A stretch of 64,000 nt of DNA from NCBI RefSeq assembly GCF_963921235.1, contig NC_086097.1, positions 192,698,001 to 192,762,000 of the forward strand, given 5' to 3'. The notes under the pieces are model-generated. The model ran no database searches. It was not told the origin of the DNA and saw nothing but the letters and a program-made list of their open reading frames with translations. This document shows, in pieces, positions 50,881 to 63,731 of the stretch (positions are counted from its first letter, which is position 1; every line of letters starts with the position of its first letter). The position numbers were made by a program, and so were the translations under genes. The stretch is from Mobula hypostoma. Taxonomy: Eukaryota.

Positions 50881-51258
50881 GATTCAGCATTTAACTCCCA
50901 AGGAAATGCTGTACAAGTTCAAGTGATGCCTTTTGGATGAACTATTATTCTTATTCTTTCAAGGCTGCATCGCATTTTTCAAAGATTAGCTGGATAGTTC
51001 CCATACTTATCCTTAAACCAACATTTTGAAGTGTATTGGCCTAGAATTTTATGGGTTTTTCTGATAGATACAGTGGACCTCCCGCATTTCTCTAAGAGCT
51101 GCTAGTATCAACAAAACTCTGACAGCAAACGCTTGACTGACAATCTCTATGTCCGTCCTGCTGGTAAGTTTGCAGTAGTTCTTGGCTGTTGGGTTTTCCT
51201 TGAGTTAAGTGGCAGTATAGCCTGGCTCACCCATTCATTGGGGATCCACTGAGGATTG

Positions 51259-52078
51259 TTAGGGGTCACCCTTGACAGATGCCTCACTTTCAAGAACCAC
51301 ATCAATCAGGCAAAGGCAAAAGTGAGCACACAAAACAACATCCTGAATAAGCTCACTAACACAAAATGGGGAGCAAGCTCAAAAAACATCGCAAACCAAT
51401 GCACTTGCACTTTGCTATTCCACTGCTGAATACGCCTGCCCTGCATGGGAAAGATCTACTCATTCTAGGAAGATGGGTGCCATTCTGAATGGAAGCTGCT
51501 GACTTATCACAGGTTGTTTAAAACCAACAGCCTATATATCCTGCTGGGTATCGCTCCCCCGATATAAGAAGAATGGTAGCCAGCAAGAAAGAATGACTCC
51601 GTCAGACATCAGATGAGAGACACCCTCTACATGGTCATACACCTAAACCCAGCTGCATAAAGTCAAAGAAAAGCTTCACGAACAGTGTTGTTCCATTATA
51701 ATCAACCCCACCTGAAGCCCGCATCGCCTTGTGGAAAGACCGGCTCACGAGTCTCAAACAACCCCCAACAATGGAAATTCCACCGGATGAAAGCCTTCCC
51801 CCAGGAGCTAATTGCAACTGGGCAACCCGGAAGTGCCTTAACAGACTTATGACTGGTGTAGGTCATTCAAAGGTGTCACTAAGCAAATGGGGATATACAA
51901 CCAGCCCGACAACTTGTGAATGTGGAACTGAGCCACAAACTATGCAACATCTCCTGCAATGCCCATTGCTAGAGAAACCCTGTACTGTTGCAGATCTTGC
52001 CGAATTCAACAACAAGATGCAAAAATGTGTCCAGTTCTGGCTGGCCATGTACAGACTGTCCATGGACACGATAAGAAG
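51259..52078 (+). mobile_element. 5'-truncated Vingi/Ingi-like (I-group) LINE
   Basis: LGVTLDRCLTFKNHI..KVSTQNNILNKLTNTKWGAS, ALCYSTAEYACPAW, LITGCLKPT, and C-terminal LNRLMTGVG..KWG..CECG..QTMQHLLQCP zinc knuckle; tail ATAAGAAG; 11-bp TSD ACTGAGGATTG (51248-51258, 52079-52089). Confidence 0.85.
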
Positions 52079-52937
52079 ACTGAGGATTGGGCACCAATGT
52101 TAAGAAGAAACATAAGGATAAGGTAGTTGTATTTCATTGTTGGTGCTAAGTTTGATAAATCTACTTACTTTTAAATTCTGTATTTTAACAATGTTTTAAA
52201 ATATTTAATATTTATTGGGTTTTTAATAGTTTTGGGATGTTGCTGCAAGTCAGAAACACCTGGTCACGTCAAATAAACATAACAACTTTGACTGACAGTA
52301 AAACTGTGAGGTAAACCTTAAAGCGTGTTTAAACTTTCATGGGAGGGGCTACCTATATCGTTTGAAGCTTCTGTATCAGAAAACACTGGAGACACAAAAG
52401 TACTAGAGCCACTCACCATGTCAGGCAGCATTTGCAAGTGTCAGGGCATCAAATTCAAACATAATCTCTATTGCAGAATTCCTTTGTTCTCTATGTTGAC
52501 AGGTGTTCTTTTTATTTTTAGTTATGTTGATGAAAGAAGAAATGGTTAATATACTTGGCGAATTCAGCTCTCCTTAGAATAGTAAGGAGAGATGTAGACT
52601 TTGACACCTATGTAAAGAATGTTATCTCTGGTAATGCATAAATTCCTTCATACTTCACAGGAAGGTCATGCTAAATGTTGTGTTTCCACTACTGAACCTC
52701 ATTAGCATGTTTTCTAAATGCTTCTTTCTGAGATGTCTTAAACATGTGACAAAGTTGACATAGTACTGAATCAAATTAATGCCTGTCCTCAACCTTATGA
52801 ATCCTCAGTAAATAGAGATGACTCAGACAGATTCCTTTAGAGCTGCTGTTTCTAAAGAGACTCCAATGGCTGGGACAGCTATTTAGAAAAGAGAGGAGGG
52901 ATTCAGTAATTTTTCTTCCATTTTAATGATGAGCAGT

Positions 52938-53635
52938 ATAGAAACATAGAAACATAGAAAATAGGTGCAGGAGTAGGCCATTCGGCCCTTCGAGCCTGCA
53001 CCGCCATTTATTATGATCATGGCTGATCATCCAACTCAGAACCCAGCCTTCCCTCCATACCCCCTGACCCCTGTAGCCACAAGGGCCATATCTAACTTCC
53101 TTTTAAACATAGCTAATGAACTGGCCTCAACAGTTTGCTGTGGCAGAGAATTCCACAGATTCACCACTCTCTGTGTGAAGAAGTTTTTCCTAATCTCGGT
53201 CCTAAAAGGCTTCCCCTCTATCCTCAAACTGTGACCCCTCGTTCTGGACCTCCCCAACATCGGGAACAATCTTCCCGCATCTAGCCTGTCCAATCCCTTT
53301 AGGATCTTATACGTTTCAATCAGATCCCCCCTCAATCTTCTAAATTCCAACGAGTACAAGCCCAGTTCATCCAGTCTTTCTTCATATGAAAGACCTGCCA
53401 TCCCAGGAATCAATCTGGTGAACCTTCTTTGTACTCCCTCTATGGCAAAGATGTCTTTCCTCAGATTAGGGGACCAAAACTGCACACAATACTCCAGGTG
53501 TGGTCTCACCAAGGCCTTGTACAACTGCAGTAGTACCTCCCTGCTCCTGTACTCGAATCCTCTCGCTATAAATGCCAGCATACCGTTCGCCTTTTTCACC
53601 GCCTGCTGTACCTGCATGCCCACTTTCAATGACTG
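52938..53635 (-). mobile_element. Young CR1 3' end (same subfamily as 43895-45728)
   Basis: ORF 53036..53698(-) is nearly identical to the C-terminal part of ORF 44615..45631; tail TAGAAACATAGAAACATAGAAA. Confidence 0.96.
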
Positions 53636-54229
53636 TATGTCCTGATTTGTGCTCTCTGTGGGCCAAGGTGCAATCAAGAAGTAACAGCATTTTGCCATAG
53701 ATGACTAATATAATTGAGTCAACTAACTAGAGCAATTTCAGTGCAGAATAAATTAACTTTTTCTAGATCCATTTTGTTTTCCACTCTGTCAGAATCTGAC
53801 AGTCGGTTTACCCAGTGAAGTATGACCTGTAAATAAGCTGGTAAATCCCTATAATCCAGTCACTCTTACAGCCTTGAAGTGGCAATAGCTTTTCATATTT
53901 TCACCAATTATTTTGAAATCTTCATTTGTTCACTGATTTACTGGCATCTCCAGCAGATTTTTACGCTCATTACTTTATAAATTTTTCAGATTATGATTTG
54001 CTGTACATTTTTGTTAGTAAGATAAAATATTCTTCAATGATCCTTTCCTCATTTACTATAATGTTATCTTTTTACACTCTGTATCATTTCTGAAATCTGA
54101 ATTGATACAGAAATCAGGTTATTGTTCCGTGCTGTCCTGGAAGACACAAATTAAGATCTATTAAATGTTGATGTAGAGATCCTTTCCTCATTTTCTCTGG
54201 AGAAGCTGGGGGATGTCAAAGTCTTCATT

Positions 54230-55146
54230 ATGATGATTATGGACTTCAGGAAGGTGCAGGCTGACCACTCTTCAATGCACATACATGACTTCTCCATGAA
54301 GAGAGTTAGGAGCACCATGTTTCTGGGAGTGCACATAATGGACAATCTCATCTGGTCCCTCAACACCACTTCTTTTGTCAAAAAAGCACAACAGTGTCTC
54401 CACTTCCTCAGGAGATGAAGATGAATGAGCCCCCCCCCACCCCCCATCTTTACAGGAGCACCACTGACTGTGTCCTGACCAGATGCACCACCTTCTAGTA
54501 TGGAATTGCAAAGCATATGACCACAAGTCCCTACAAAGAGTTGTGAAGACTGCTGAGAGGATTATTAGAGCCTCTCATCCACCCATCAGAAATATCTGTC
54601 GGGAGTGCTGTATACACAGGGCACTTAGCATTGTCAATGAAACCTCTCATTGGTCCAACAGTCTCTTCGATCCCCTACCAACAACCAGAAGGTACCACTG
54701 CATTAGGACAAGAACTTCAAGATGGGTAACAGGTTCTTCCCCCAGTTTTTTGTGTTTTTTTCTTACATAGTTCAGTGTAGTTTTTGTATTGTTTCATGTA
54801 GCACCATGGTCCTGGAAAACGTTGTCTCATTTTTACTATGTTCTGTACCAGCAGTTATGATTGAAATGACAATAAAAAGTAACTTGACTTGACTCAACCA
54901 TGTCCACTGAACTTCCAGCCACTACCCTGATCTCATCGTACATCAAGTGCCAGTAGCTTTACACTGTTTACTTTATAACTTGTATCATAAATGCACCTTA
55001 CTATTTGTTAATTTACTTAATGTGTTATGTGTGAGTTATGCAGTATCTACAGATTTGTATACCTTGGTCCAAAGGAAAGTGATTTTGTGTGGTGGTACAT
55101 ATACACTGTATGTGTATGGTTGAGTGACAATGAACTTGAACTTGAA
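54230..55146 (+). mobile_element. Degraded Rex1-like LINE 3' region with a short nested tail fragment
   Basis: MIMDFRK..FLGVHI.DNL.WSLNT..VKKAQQCLHFLRR, KSLQRVVKTAERII; tails GACTTGACT and GAACTTGAACTTGAA. Confidence 0.8.
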
Positions 55147-55616
55147 TTTATCACGACAAACAATCTCCTGCAAAACCTCTCAGAGGAGTCATCTACATAC
55201 ATCAAATCATTTTTCACTCAACTGCTCTTGAGGATGGTGTTTGGCTTTTAAATTGCTTCCTGTTTGTACATAGAACATCAGATGTTTGTACTGAAAACCA
55301 TTAGACAGAAGTAGCTGTGGCAGTTGTTCACTTACAGAGAACTTATCATTTCCACTTATCCCAAACACCCTATAACCTGAGATTGCTTTCTTTGAAAGTA
55401 AAGCCATACACTGGAAAACACAAGTCAGGGTGACAAGAAAGAGGTAGTGCCAGTTTTTGCAAGTCACCTGGGCAATGATATTCTGTTGCCCATGAAGCTT
55501 GTTATTTAAGACATAGGGGCAAAGTTAGATCTTTTGGCCCATTGAGTCTGCTCCACTATTCAATCATGTCTGATTATTATTCCTCTCAACCACATTCTCC
55601 TACCTTCCCACTGTAA

Positions 55617-58600
55617 GGAGTGATGAGGTTCTGCATAGGGACTTCAGGGAGTTAGGTCCTAAGTTAAAGGGCAGGACCTCCAGTTGTGATCTCAGGCCAG
55701 AACTAGAACGAATATACAGTTTAATATGTGGTTAAGGAGTTGGTATAGGAGCGATGGCATAAGATTTTGGAATCATTGGTGTCTCTGCCAGGGAAGGTAG
55801 GACCTGTACAGAAGGGATAGTTTGCACCTGAACTGAAGGAGGATTAATATCCTAATGGGAAGGTTTGTTAATACTGCACAGTGGGGTTTAAACTAGAGTT
55901 GCAGGGGGATGGGAATCAGAGATGGGAATTGTTAGTGACGAGGTTGTGGAGGAAGATGTTGGTAAGACCTCAGACAAAGTTAGGAATCAAAAAGTTGAGT
56001 ATGGTGCGACTAGCGTTCTGAGCTGCGTATATTTCAATGCAAGACGTATCGTAGGAAAGGTGGATGATAATGTTGAAGATGAGCTAGCTGGTTTACAAAC
56101 GGAGGCAATGCATAGTGATGAGAGGGGCAAAACTGCGGTCAACAGTATGAGTTTCAATGTAACAGGCAGACAAAATCAGAAAGGGTCAATACAGGACTGG
56201 AGGTGTTATGCTTGAATGTGCACAGCATTTGAAAGAAGATAGATACAAACTTGCAGCACAGTTACAGATTGTGAGGTATGATGTTGTAGGCATCACTAAG
56301 TCAAGGCTGAAAGAAGATTATAGCTGGGAGCTTCATGTCCAAGTATACACTCTGTATCAAAAGAAAAGACAACGGGAGCAGCATGGCCTTGTTCGTATAA
56401 AATGAAATCAAATCATTAGAAAGAGGTGATGTAAGGTATTGAATCATTGTTGATAGAGATAAGGAACTGCAAGGGTATAAAGACCCTGATAGGATTTGTA
56501 TACAGATCCCCAAACAGTAGTAAAGAAGTGGCCTACAAATTACAATGGGAAATAGAAAAAGCATGACAAAAGGGCAAGAACACAGGAACATAAGAAATAG
56601 GAGCAGGAGTAGGCCATCTGGCCCATCAAGCCTGCTCCGCCATTCAAAAAGATCATGGCTGATCTGGCCATGGATTCACCTTCACCTACCTGCCTTTTCC
56701 CCATAACCCTTAATTCCCCTACTATGTGAAAATGTTACAATAGGCATGGGGGATTTCAAGATGCAGGTAGATTGGGAATATCAGGTTGGTGCTGGATTCC
56801 AGGACAGGGGAATTTATAGATTGCCTACAAGCTGGCTTTTTAGAGCAGCTGGTGGTTGAGCCCACTAGGGGATCAGATATTCTAGATTGGGTGTTGTGCA
56901 ATGAACTGGAATTGATTAGAGAGCTTAAGGTAAAAGAGCCCTTAAGGGAAGTAATCATAACATGATTAAATTCACACTGAAACTTGAGAAGGAGAAGATA
57001 GTCAGACGTATCAGTATTGCAGTGGAGTAAAGGAAATTTCAGAAGCATGAGAGAGAAGTTGGCCAGAAGTAAAGAACACTGGCAGGGATGATGGCAGAAC
57101 AGCAATGGCTGGAATTTCTGGATGCAATTTTTTTTTTAGATTCGGAGGGCATGGGATATATACATCCCAAAAAGGGAGAAGTATTCTAAAGGAGAGATGA
57201 TACAGCTGTGGCAAACAAGAGAAGTCAAAACCAACATAAAATCAAAAGGGTTTTTATAATACAGCAAAAATTAGTGGGAAGTTAAAGGATTGGGAAGCTT
57301 TTTAAAACCAGCAGAAGGCAACTAAAAAGTCATTAAGAAGGTAAAGATGGAAAATGAAAGTAAGATAGCCAATAATATTAAAGCAGATACCAAAAGTTTC
57401 TTCAGATGCATAAAGTGTAAACGAGAGATGAGAGTGGGATATTGGACAGCTGGAAAATGATGCAGGAGGGGTAGTAATAGGGAACAAAGAAACGGCGGAT
57501 GAACTGAATAAGTATTTTGCATCAGTCTTCACTGTGGAAGCCACGGGCACCTTGGTGGAATTTCAAGGTGCCAGGTGTAACGAGGTGTGTGAAGTTACCA
57601 TTACTAGAGAGAAGGTTCTTTGGAAACTGAAAGGTCTGAAGGTAGATAAGTCACACAGACCAGACGGAGTACACCTCAAGGTCCGTAAGGATATGACTGA
57701 AGGGGCATTAGTAATAATCTTTCAAGAATCAATAGATTCTGAAATAGTTTTGGAAGATTAGAAAATTGCAAATGAAACTCAACTCCTCATGAAGGGAGAG
57801 AGGAAGAAGAAAGGAAACTATATACCAGTTAGTTTGACCTCTGTGGCTGGGAAGATGTCAGAGTTGATTATTAAGAATGAGGTTTCAGGGTACTTGGAAG
57901 CAGATGATCAAATAGGCTGTAGTCATCATGGTTTCCTCAAGGGAAAACCATGCCTGACAAATGTGTTGGAATTCTTTGAAGAAGTAACAAGCAGGATAGA
58001 CAAAACAGATTCAGTTGATGCTGTGTACTTGGATTTTTAGAAGTCCTTTGATGAGGTGCCATACATGAGGCTGCTTAAAAAAACTATGAGCCCATGATAT
58101 TACAGGAAAGACTCTAGCACAGATAAAGTAGTGGCTGATTGACAGGTGGCAAAGAATGGGAATAAAGGGAGCCTTTTCTAGTTGGCTACCAGTGTGTCAC
58201 AGGGGTCTGCGTTGGGACCAGTTCTTTTTATGTGAAATGTGGATGATTTGGATGACGGAATTGATGGCTTTATTGCAAGGTTTGCAGACAATATGAAAAT
58301 AGATGGACGAACTGGTAGTTTTGAGGAAGTAGAGAGTAGAGAGACTACAAAATGGGCAAAGAAATAGCAGGTGGAACACACGAAGTTTATGACCATGCAC
58401 TTTAGTAGGAGAAATTAAAAGGTTGGCTATTTTCTAAGTGAGGTGCAGAGGGACTTGGGAGTCCTTGTGCAGGATTCCCTGAAGGTTAATTTGCAGGTCG
58501 ATTCTGTGGTGAGGAAAGTAAATACGATGTTAATATTCAATTCGAGAGGACTGACACATAAAAGCAAGGGTGTAATGTTGACACTGTTGAGGCCTCACTT

Positions 58601-59155
58601 GGACTATTGTGAGCACATCTGGGCCCCTTATCTTAGAAATCATGTGCTGAAGCTGGAGATTGTTCAAAGGAAGCTCACAAATATGATTCCAGTATTGAAT
58701 GGCTTGTCATATGAAGAACGTTTGATGGCTCTGAACCTGTATTCATTAACATTCAGAAGAATGAGGTGTGACCTATTAAAACCTATTGAATGGTGAAAAG
58801 CCTTGATAGAGTGAATGTGGAGAAGATGTTTCCTCTGGTGGAAGAGTCTAAGACCAGGGCACACAGCCTCAGAATGGAGGGGTATCCTTTTAGAAAGAGA
58901 TGAGAAGGAACTTGGTTAGCCAAAGAGTGGTGAATCTGTGGAACTCATTGACACAGGCAAATGTGGAGGCCAAGTTTTTATATATATTTAGGGCAAAGGT
59001 TGATAGATTCTTGACTGGTCAAGACATGAAGGGATACGGGGTGAAGGCAGGAGATTGGAGCTGAGAGGAAAATTAGATTCACCATGATGAAATGACAGAG
59101 CAGACTCGGTGAGTAAATGGCCTAATTTTGCTGCTATATCTTATGGTCTTATGGT
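55617..59155 (+). mobile_element. Long degraded CR1 LINE: ORF1 C-terminus (SGNH esterase-like), APE endonuclease, RT, 3' UTR
   Basis: DFRELGPKLKGRTS, FNMWLRSW, DLYRRDSLHLN (ORF1); CVYFNARRIVGK, YDVVGIT, MGDFK, ILDWVL (endonuclease); YIPVSLTSVAGKM, VYLDF, RFADNMK, RPHLDYC (RT); tail TCTTATGGTCTTATGG. Confidence 0.92.
56577..56726 (-). mobile_element. Short CR1 3' tail nested in the CR1 endonuclease region
   Basis: AGAACACAGGAACATAAGAAATAGGAGCAGGAGTAGGCCATCTGGCCC is an antisense CR1 terminus that interrupts the host reading frame. Confidence 0.85.
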
Positions 59156-59620
59156 AACTTTTGACACCCTGACTAATCTAGGATTCATGAACTTCTGCTT
59201 TAAATATATTCAATCACTTAACCCTATGACAATGAATTCCACCAGTTCACCTCCCTCTGGCTAAAGACCTCCTCATTTCTCTTCTAAATGGATGTTCCCT
59301 CTGGCTCTAGACTAACCCACTATAGGAAATACCTTCTCCACATCCACTCTATCTAGGTTATTCAATATATGATATATTTTAATAAGATTCCTCTTCCCCA
59401 TTCTTCAAAGTTCCAGTGAGTACAGGCCCAGAACCATCAAATGTTCCTCATACATCAATCCTTTAATTCCCCAAATCATTGTCATAAACCATCCCTCTTG
59501 GATGACAGCACATCTGTTTTTAGATAAAGGGCCAAAAACTGCTCATGTGCGGTCTGACAAAAGCAGTGCATCCTTCCTGTTATATTCTACTTCTCTAGTA
59601 CATACTGGAATGGGTCTTAC

Positions 59621-60340
59621 AGTTCAAAGTATGTTTACTATCAAAGTATGTATGCCATAGAGAACCTTGAGATTCATCTTCTTGCAGACAGCCACAAAAC
59701 AAAGAAACACATTAGAAGCCTCTCAAAAAGAACACCCAACAAAGACCATCTAACACCCAATGTGCAAAGAGAAGAATTAATCATGCAAACAATAAAAATG
59801 TAAACGAATAATACACAGAACATAAACCGAAGAGCCCCGAAAGTGAGTCCATAGCCCTGGAGCCATTTCAGTGCTGCAGCCAGTCCAGGAGCCCGATTGC
59901 TGTAAGCCACAGCAATGAAGCCAGTTCAGCACTGATGTGAGTAAAGCCTCTTGGAGCAGTGAGCTAAACACTGGTTCATCCTTCAGCCTTGATCTTTTTA
60001 ATCTGGCTTGTGCTTATATCAGCTAAACACTGGTTTGTTTTCTGCTCTCAGGACTGGGCCCTGCTGCCGCAATCCAGCCTAAAGCTTCAGTTCGGCCCCA
60101 AGTCCACTCCAGCCATGGCTGCTGCGGCCTTACCCACATTCTCAAGGGTCTAATCCTTCAGGCTACCATAAAAATGGCAGGTCATACAGATGGTTCAAAA
60201 GCACAGTTTCCTAAAGGAAATGACAAGCTGTGGATGGTAGCATTCACAGTCCAGAAAAAGTATAATTAATAGAATAATTCTTGGTTTTGCTTGCGACCCA
60301 CAAAATGTTGCCATATCTTGCCAGCACCGTCTTGCTCAGA
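59621..60340 (-). mobile_element. Non-coding non-autonomous retroelement (~720 bp)
   Basis: Minus strand starts CAAGACGGTGC and ends GTGGCTGTCTGCAAGAAGATGAATCTCAAGG..ACTTTGATAGTAAACATACTTTGAACT. Confidence 0.7.
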
Positions 60341-60419
60341 GAAAATTCACACAAATGTTTTCCTTACTATTCTCTAAAAAGAAGCAGATGGAGCAAGTGA
60401 GTTTCAGTACAAATATGGT

Positions 60420-62120
60420 AGATATTTAAATAGATAGATACTTTATTGATCCCAAAGGAAATTACAGTGTCACAGCAACATTACAAGTGCACAGATATAA
60501 ATATTAGAAGAGAACTAGAAAAAAATAAAAAGTATGTTACCACAAACAGTCTAACAGGTGGGTGTAATCACTTCCCCTGCCATAGGTTGACTCATTACAG
60601 AGCCTCATGTCTGAGGGTAAGAATAGCCTCATATTGCACTCTTTGGAGCAGTGCTTTTGTCTTGATCTATTACTAACAGTGCTCCTCTGTTCAGCCAAGG
60701 GGGCACGCAGAGGGTGAGAAACATTGTCCAGAATTGCAGGATTTTCCATAGGGTCTCTTGTTCTTCAGTGTGTCCAGATTGACTCCTATAACAGAGCCAG
60801 CCTTTCTAATCAGTTTATTGAACATGTTGGCATCACCCATGTTGATGCTATTGCCCCAGCACACCACTACATAGAAAATTGTACTGGCAACAACAGACTG
60901 GTAGAATATGTGAAGGAGAGGCCTGCATACTCCAAAGGACCTCAGCCTCTTCAGGAAGTAGAGGCGACTCTGTCTCTTCTTGTACATTGTCTCTGGGTTG
61001 GCGCTCCACTCAAGTCTGCCATCCAGGTGCACCCCCAGGTATTTGTAGGTCCTCATCACATCCACGTCCTCAACAACGATAGTAACAGGAGGCAGAGCAG
61101 GCTTAGTCTCCCTAAAGTCCATCACCACCTCCAGTGTCTTACTAATGTTGAGCTGAAGATGATTCAGCTTGCACCATTTGACAAAGTCCTCCACCAGGGC
61201 CCTGTATTCATCCTCCCATCCTCCCTTTATACACCACACCATTGCTGAGTCATCAGAGAATTTCTGCAGATGATATTACTCAGTGTTGTATCTAAAGTCT
61301 GAGGTATACGGGGTAAACAGGAAGGGAGTCAATACAGTCCCCTATAGGGCCCCAGTGCTGCTCATAATCTTGTCTGACACACATCTCTGAAGCCGTACAA
61401 ACTGTGGTCTGTCTGTCAGGTCCATTATCCAGGATACAACGGTAGTGCCAACCTATTTTGAACGGAGCTTTTCCCCCAGCAATGAGGGCTGTATGGTATT
61501 GAAGGCACTTGAGAAATCAAAAATCATGATCCTCAGCCTGCTTGTCTAAATGAGAATAGGCTCTGTTCAGCAGGTAGATGACAGCATCATCAACTCCAAT
61601 GTGCTTCTGGTAGGCAATCTGCAGGGGATCGAGGGCTGATCTGACCAGGGGTCAGAGGTGACCCAGGACCAGCCTCTCTTGGGTCTTCATGATGTGTGAA
61701 GTCAGGGCCACTGGACCGTAGTCATTCAAGACTTTTGGTTGGCCCTTCTCGGCTATTGGAACCACACATGACATTTTCCACACAGTCAGGACCCTTTCCA
61801 GGCTGAGACTCAGATTGAAAACGCACTGGAGAACTCCACACAGCTGCTCAGCACACTCCTACAGGACCCTGGGGATCACACCATCCAGTCCCAATGTTTT
61901 GTCATGTCTGAGTTTCCCCTGAGCCCTTCTCACTTGCTCAGTAGTGAAGATGAATCCATGATGACTGGGGAGTTGTTGAAAGATGGGGGCTGGGGGAGGT
62001 GAAGACTGGAACGAGAGCAGTTGGCATGTGGAGGTGTGGACTGTAGGTACAGGGCAAGGAAGGGAAGTTGATAGTGGTAGCCTGTGTTGATCATCCACTT
62101 GTTGAACTGGAGGGGGGAGG
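60420..62120 (-). mobile_element. Rex1/Babar-like LINE, 5'-truncated, (TATC)n tail
   Basis: ORF 60691..61242(-): EYRALVEDFVKWCKLNHLQLNISKT..YKYLGVHLD..SRLYFLKRLRSF; upstream LNDYGPVALTSHIMKT, DPLQIAY, MIFDFSSAFNTIQP; tail TAGATAGATA. Confidence 0.92.
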
Positions 62121-62569
62121 ATGGATGAGGGGAGGAATTGGTGTTGAGGCCCACCTTTATTTTACAGAAACACACTATTGGTCCACCAAGAGCTATTGGG
62201 TTTAATGTTCAGCTTTTTTTAAATTTATCATATTGTACGTAAAATTTCCAACTCCGTGATGAAATTTTAAGAGTACATCGCTTCCACCTTTATTTAAATA
62301 TTAAGATTTTCTAACTCTGCATTTATTATGGTAAAAGTACAGAAGTTAGTGTAAACCACAGAATTGTTAAAGTGTTCATATGGGGTTTTTTCCTACTTTC
62401 GTAATAAACGTAGTAGTATGTTACTAATATGCATTATGTATGTTAATATAAATTATTAATATATAGTTTACAGTTCACTTGATGTAAATTTAAAGAATTC
62501 AGAGAGAGAATGGTTAAAATAAATTTCCTTCAACTAAGATACTTAAAAAAAATTACTTGTAATATTTGG

Positions 62570-63378
62570 TTCCGGCAAGATAGCGCCAGTGACCAATGGT
62601 GACATCCTGCAGACAGCTCACAGAACTACTAGGCACTCTTCTTCTTACTAGGTATATTTCTTTTTCTGAACTATGTTCAATTACAGCCTCTAATTTCCCT
62701 TTTAAAATTAATTCTAAATGATCTTGCACTGGGAGATTAGGTGAGAATGAGAGCAGAGAGAGCAGCCACAGCCATCACTGGGGGAACACAAAACCCTGGT
62801 TGGTTCCATTACTCCACGCCTGTTAAAGCATCAAACAAGATTAAAATTGTCAATATTGGGAACAGAAAATGAGCAGGTACTCAGAACCGTCTGCCTGCGT
62901 TTGACTTCTCTTCTCACTGCTGAGGTGGGCGGAAGGTGTAGGAATCTTGTGTCTGGAGCCATTGGGACCAGCTGGTGCTTCACTCACCTCAGTGCTCTGC
63001 AGCCGTGGACTTACTTTCGAGGACTCTGCAGTTAATTTTTCTTATGTTTTTCTTACTTCTTCTTTATTATTTATGCAATTTGATCAAGATGCTTCAGCAA
63101 TGACTCAGGGCTCGTAGACCAGCTATACTTGCCTCACCGACTCCATGGCTGTAGACTCACTTTCAGAGCTCTTCAGTTAATGTTATTATTTGTTTACTTT
63201 TTATTGTTTGCATTGTTTGTTCTTTTTTCACACATTGGGTGTTTAATGGTCTTGCTGTCTGGGGTTTTTCTTTAAACTGGTTCTATTGTGTTTCTTTGTT
63301 TTGTGGCTGCCTGCAAGAAGACAAATCCCAAGGTTGTATACTGTATACACACTTTGATAATAAATATGCTTTGAACTT
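62570..63378 (+). mobile_element. Non-coding non-autonomous retroelement (~810 bp)
   Basis: Starts TTCCGGCAAGATAGCGCC and ends GTGGCTGCCTGCAAGAAGACAAATCCCAAGG..ACTTTGATAATAAATATGCTTTGAACT, the same 3' end as 59621-60340. Confidence 0.7.
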
Positions 63379-63504
63379 CAGATGGATATTTTGTATCTGG
63401 TATAAATATCACATTAACAAGGAAGAGTTCATAGCACACAGGAATATTCATGCCCATCAATATACCATAGGTTTTGTTAATTGGAAATACAATATATGGA
63501 ACCA

Positions 63505-63731
63505 GCAACATACATCAAAGTTGCTGGTGAACGCAGCAGGCCAGGCAGCATCTATAGGAAGAGGCGCAGTCGACGTTTCAGGCCGAGACCCTTCGTCCGA
63601 AGGGTCTCGGCCTGAAACGTCGACTGCGCCTCTTCCTATAGATGCTGCCTGGCCTGCTGCGTTCACCAGCAACTTTGATGTATGTTGCTTGAATTTCCAG
63701 CATCTGCAGAATTCCTGTTGTTTGCGTTTAA
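63505..63731 (+). mobile_element. Penelope-like pLTR-derived hairpin mini-element (young copy 2)
   Basis: Perfect 90-bp arms (63505-63594 / 63599-63688) plus 3' tail; TSD ATATGGAACCAGCA (63494-63507, 63732-63745); differs from copy 1 at three hairpin positions. Confidence 0.88.

Larger units (their letters stand above)
55505..59600 (-). mobile_element. Old CR1 3' region split by the long plus-strand CR1
   Basis: Antisense CR1 tail at 55505-55616 continues collinearly at 59155-59600 (GTAA at both junctions). Confidence 0.7.
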
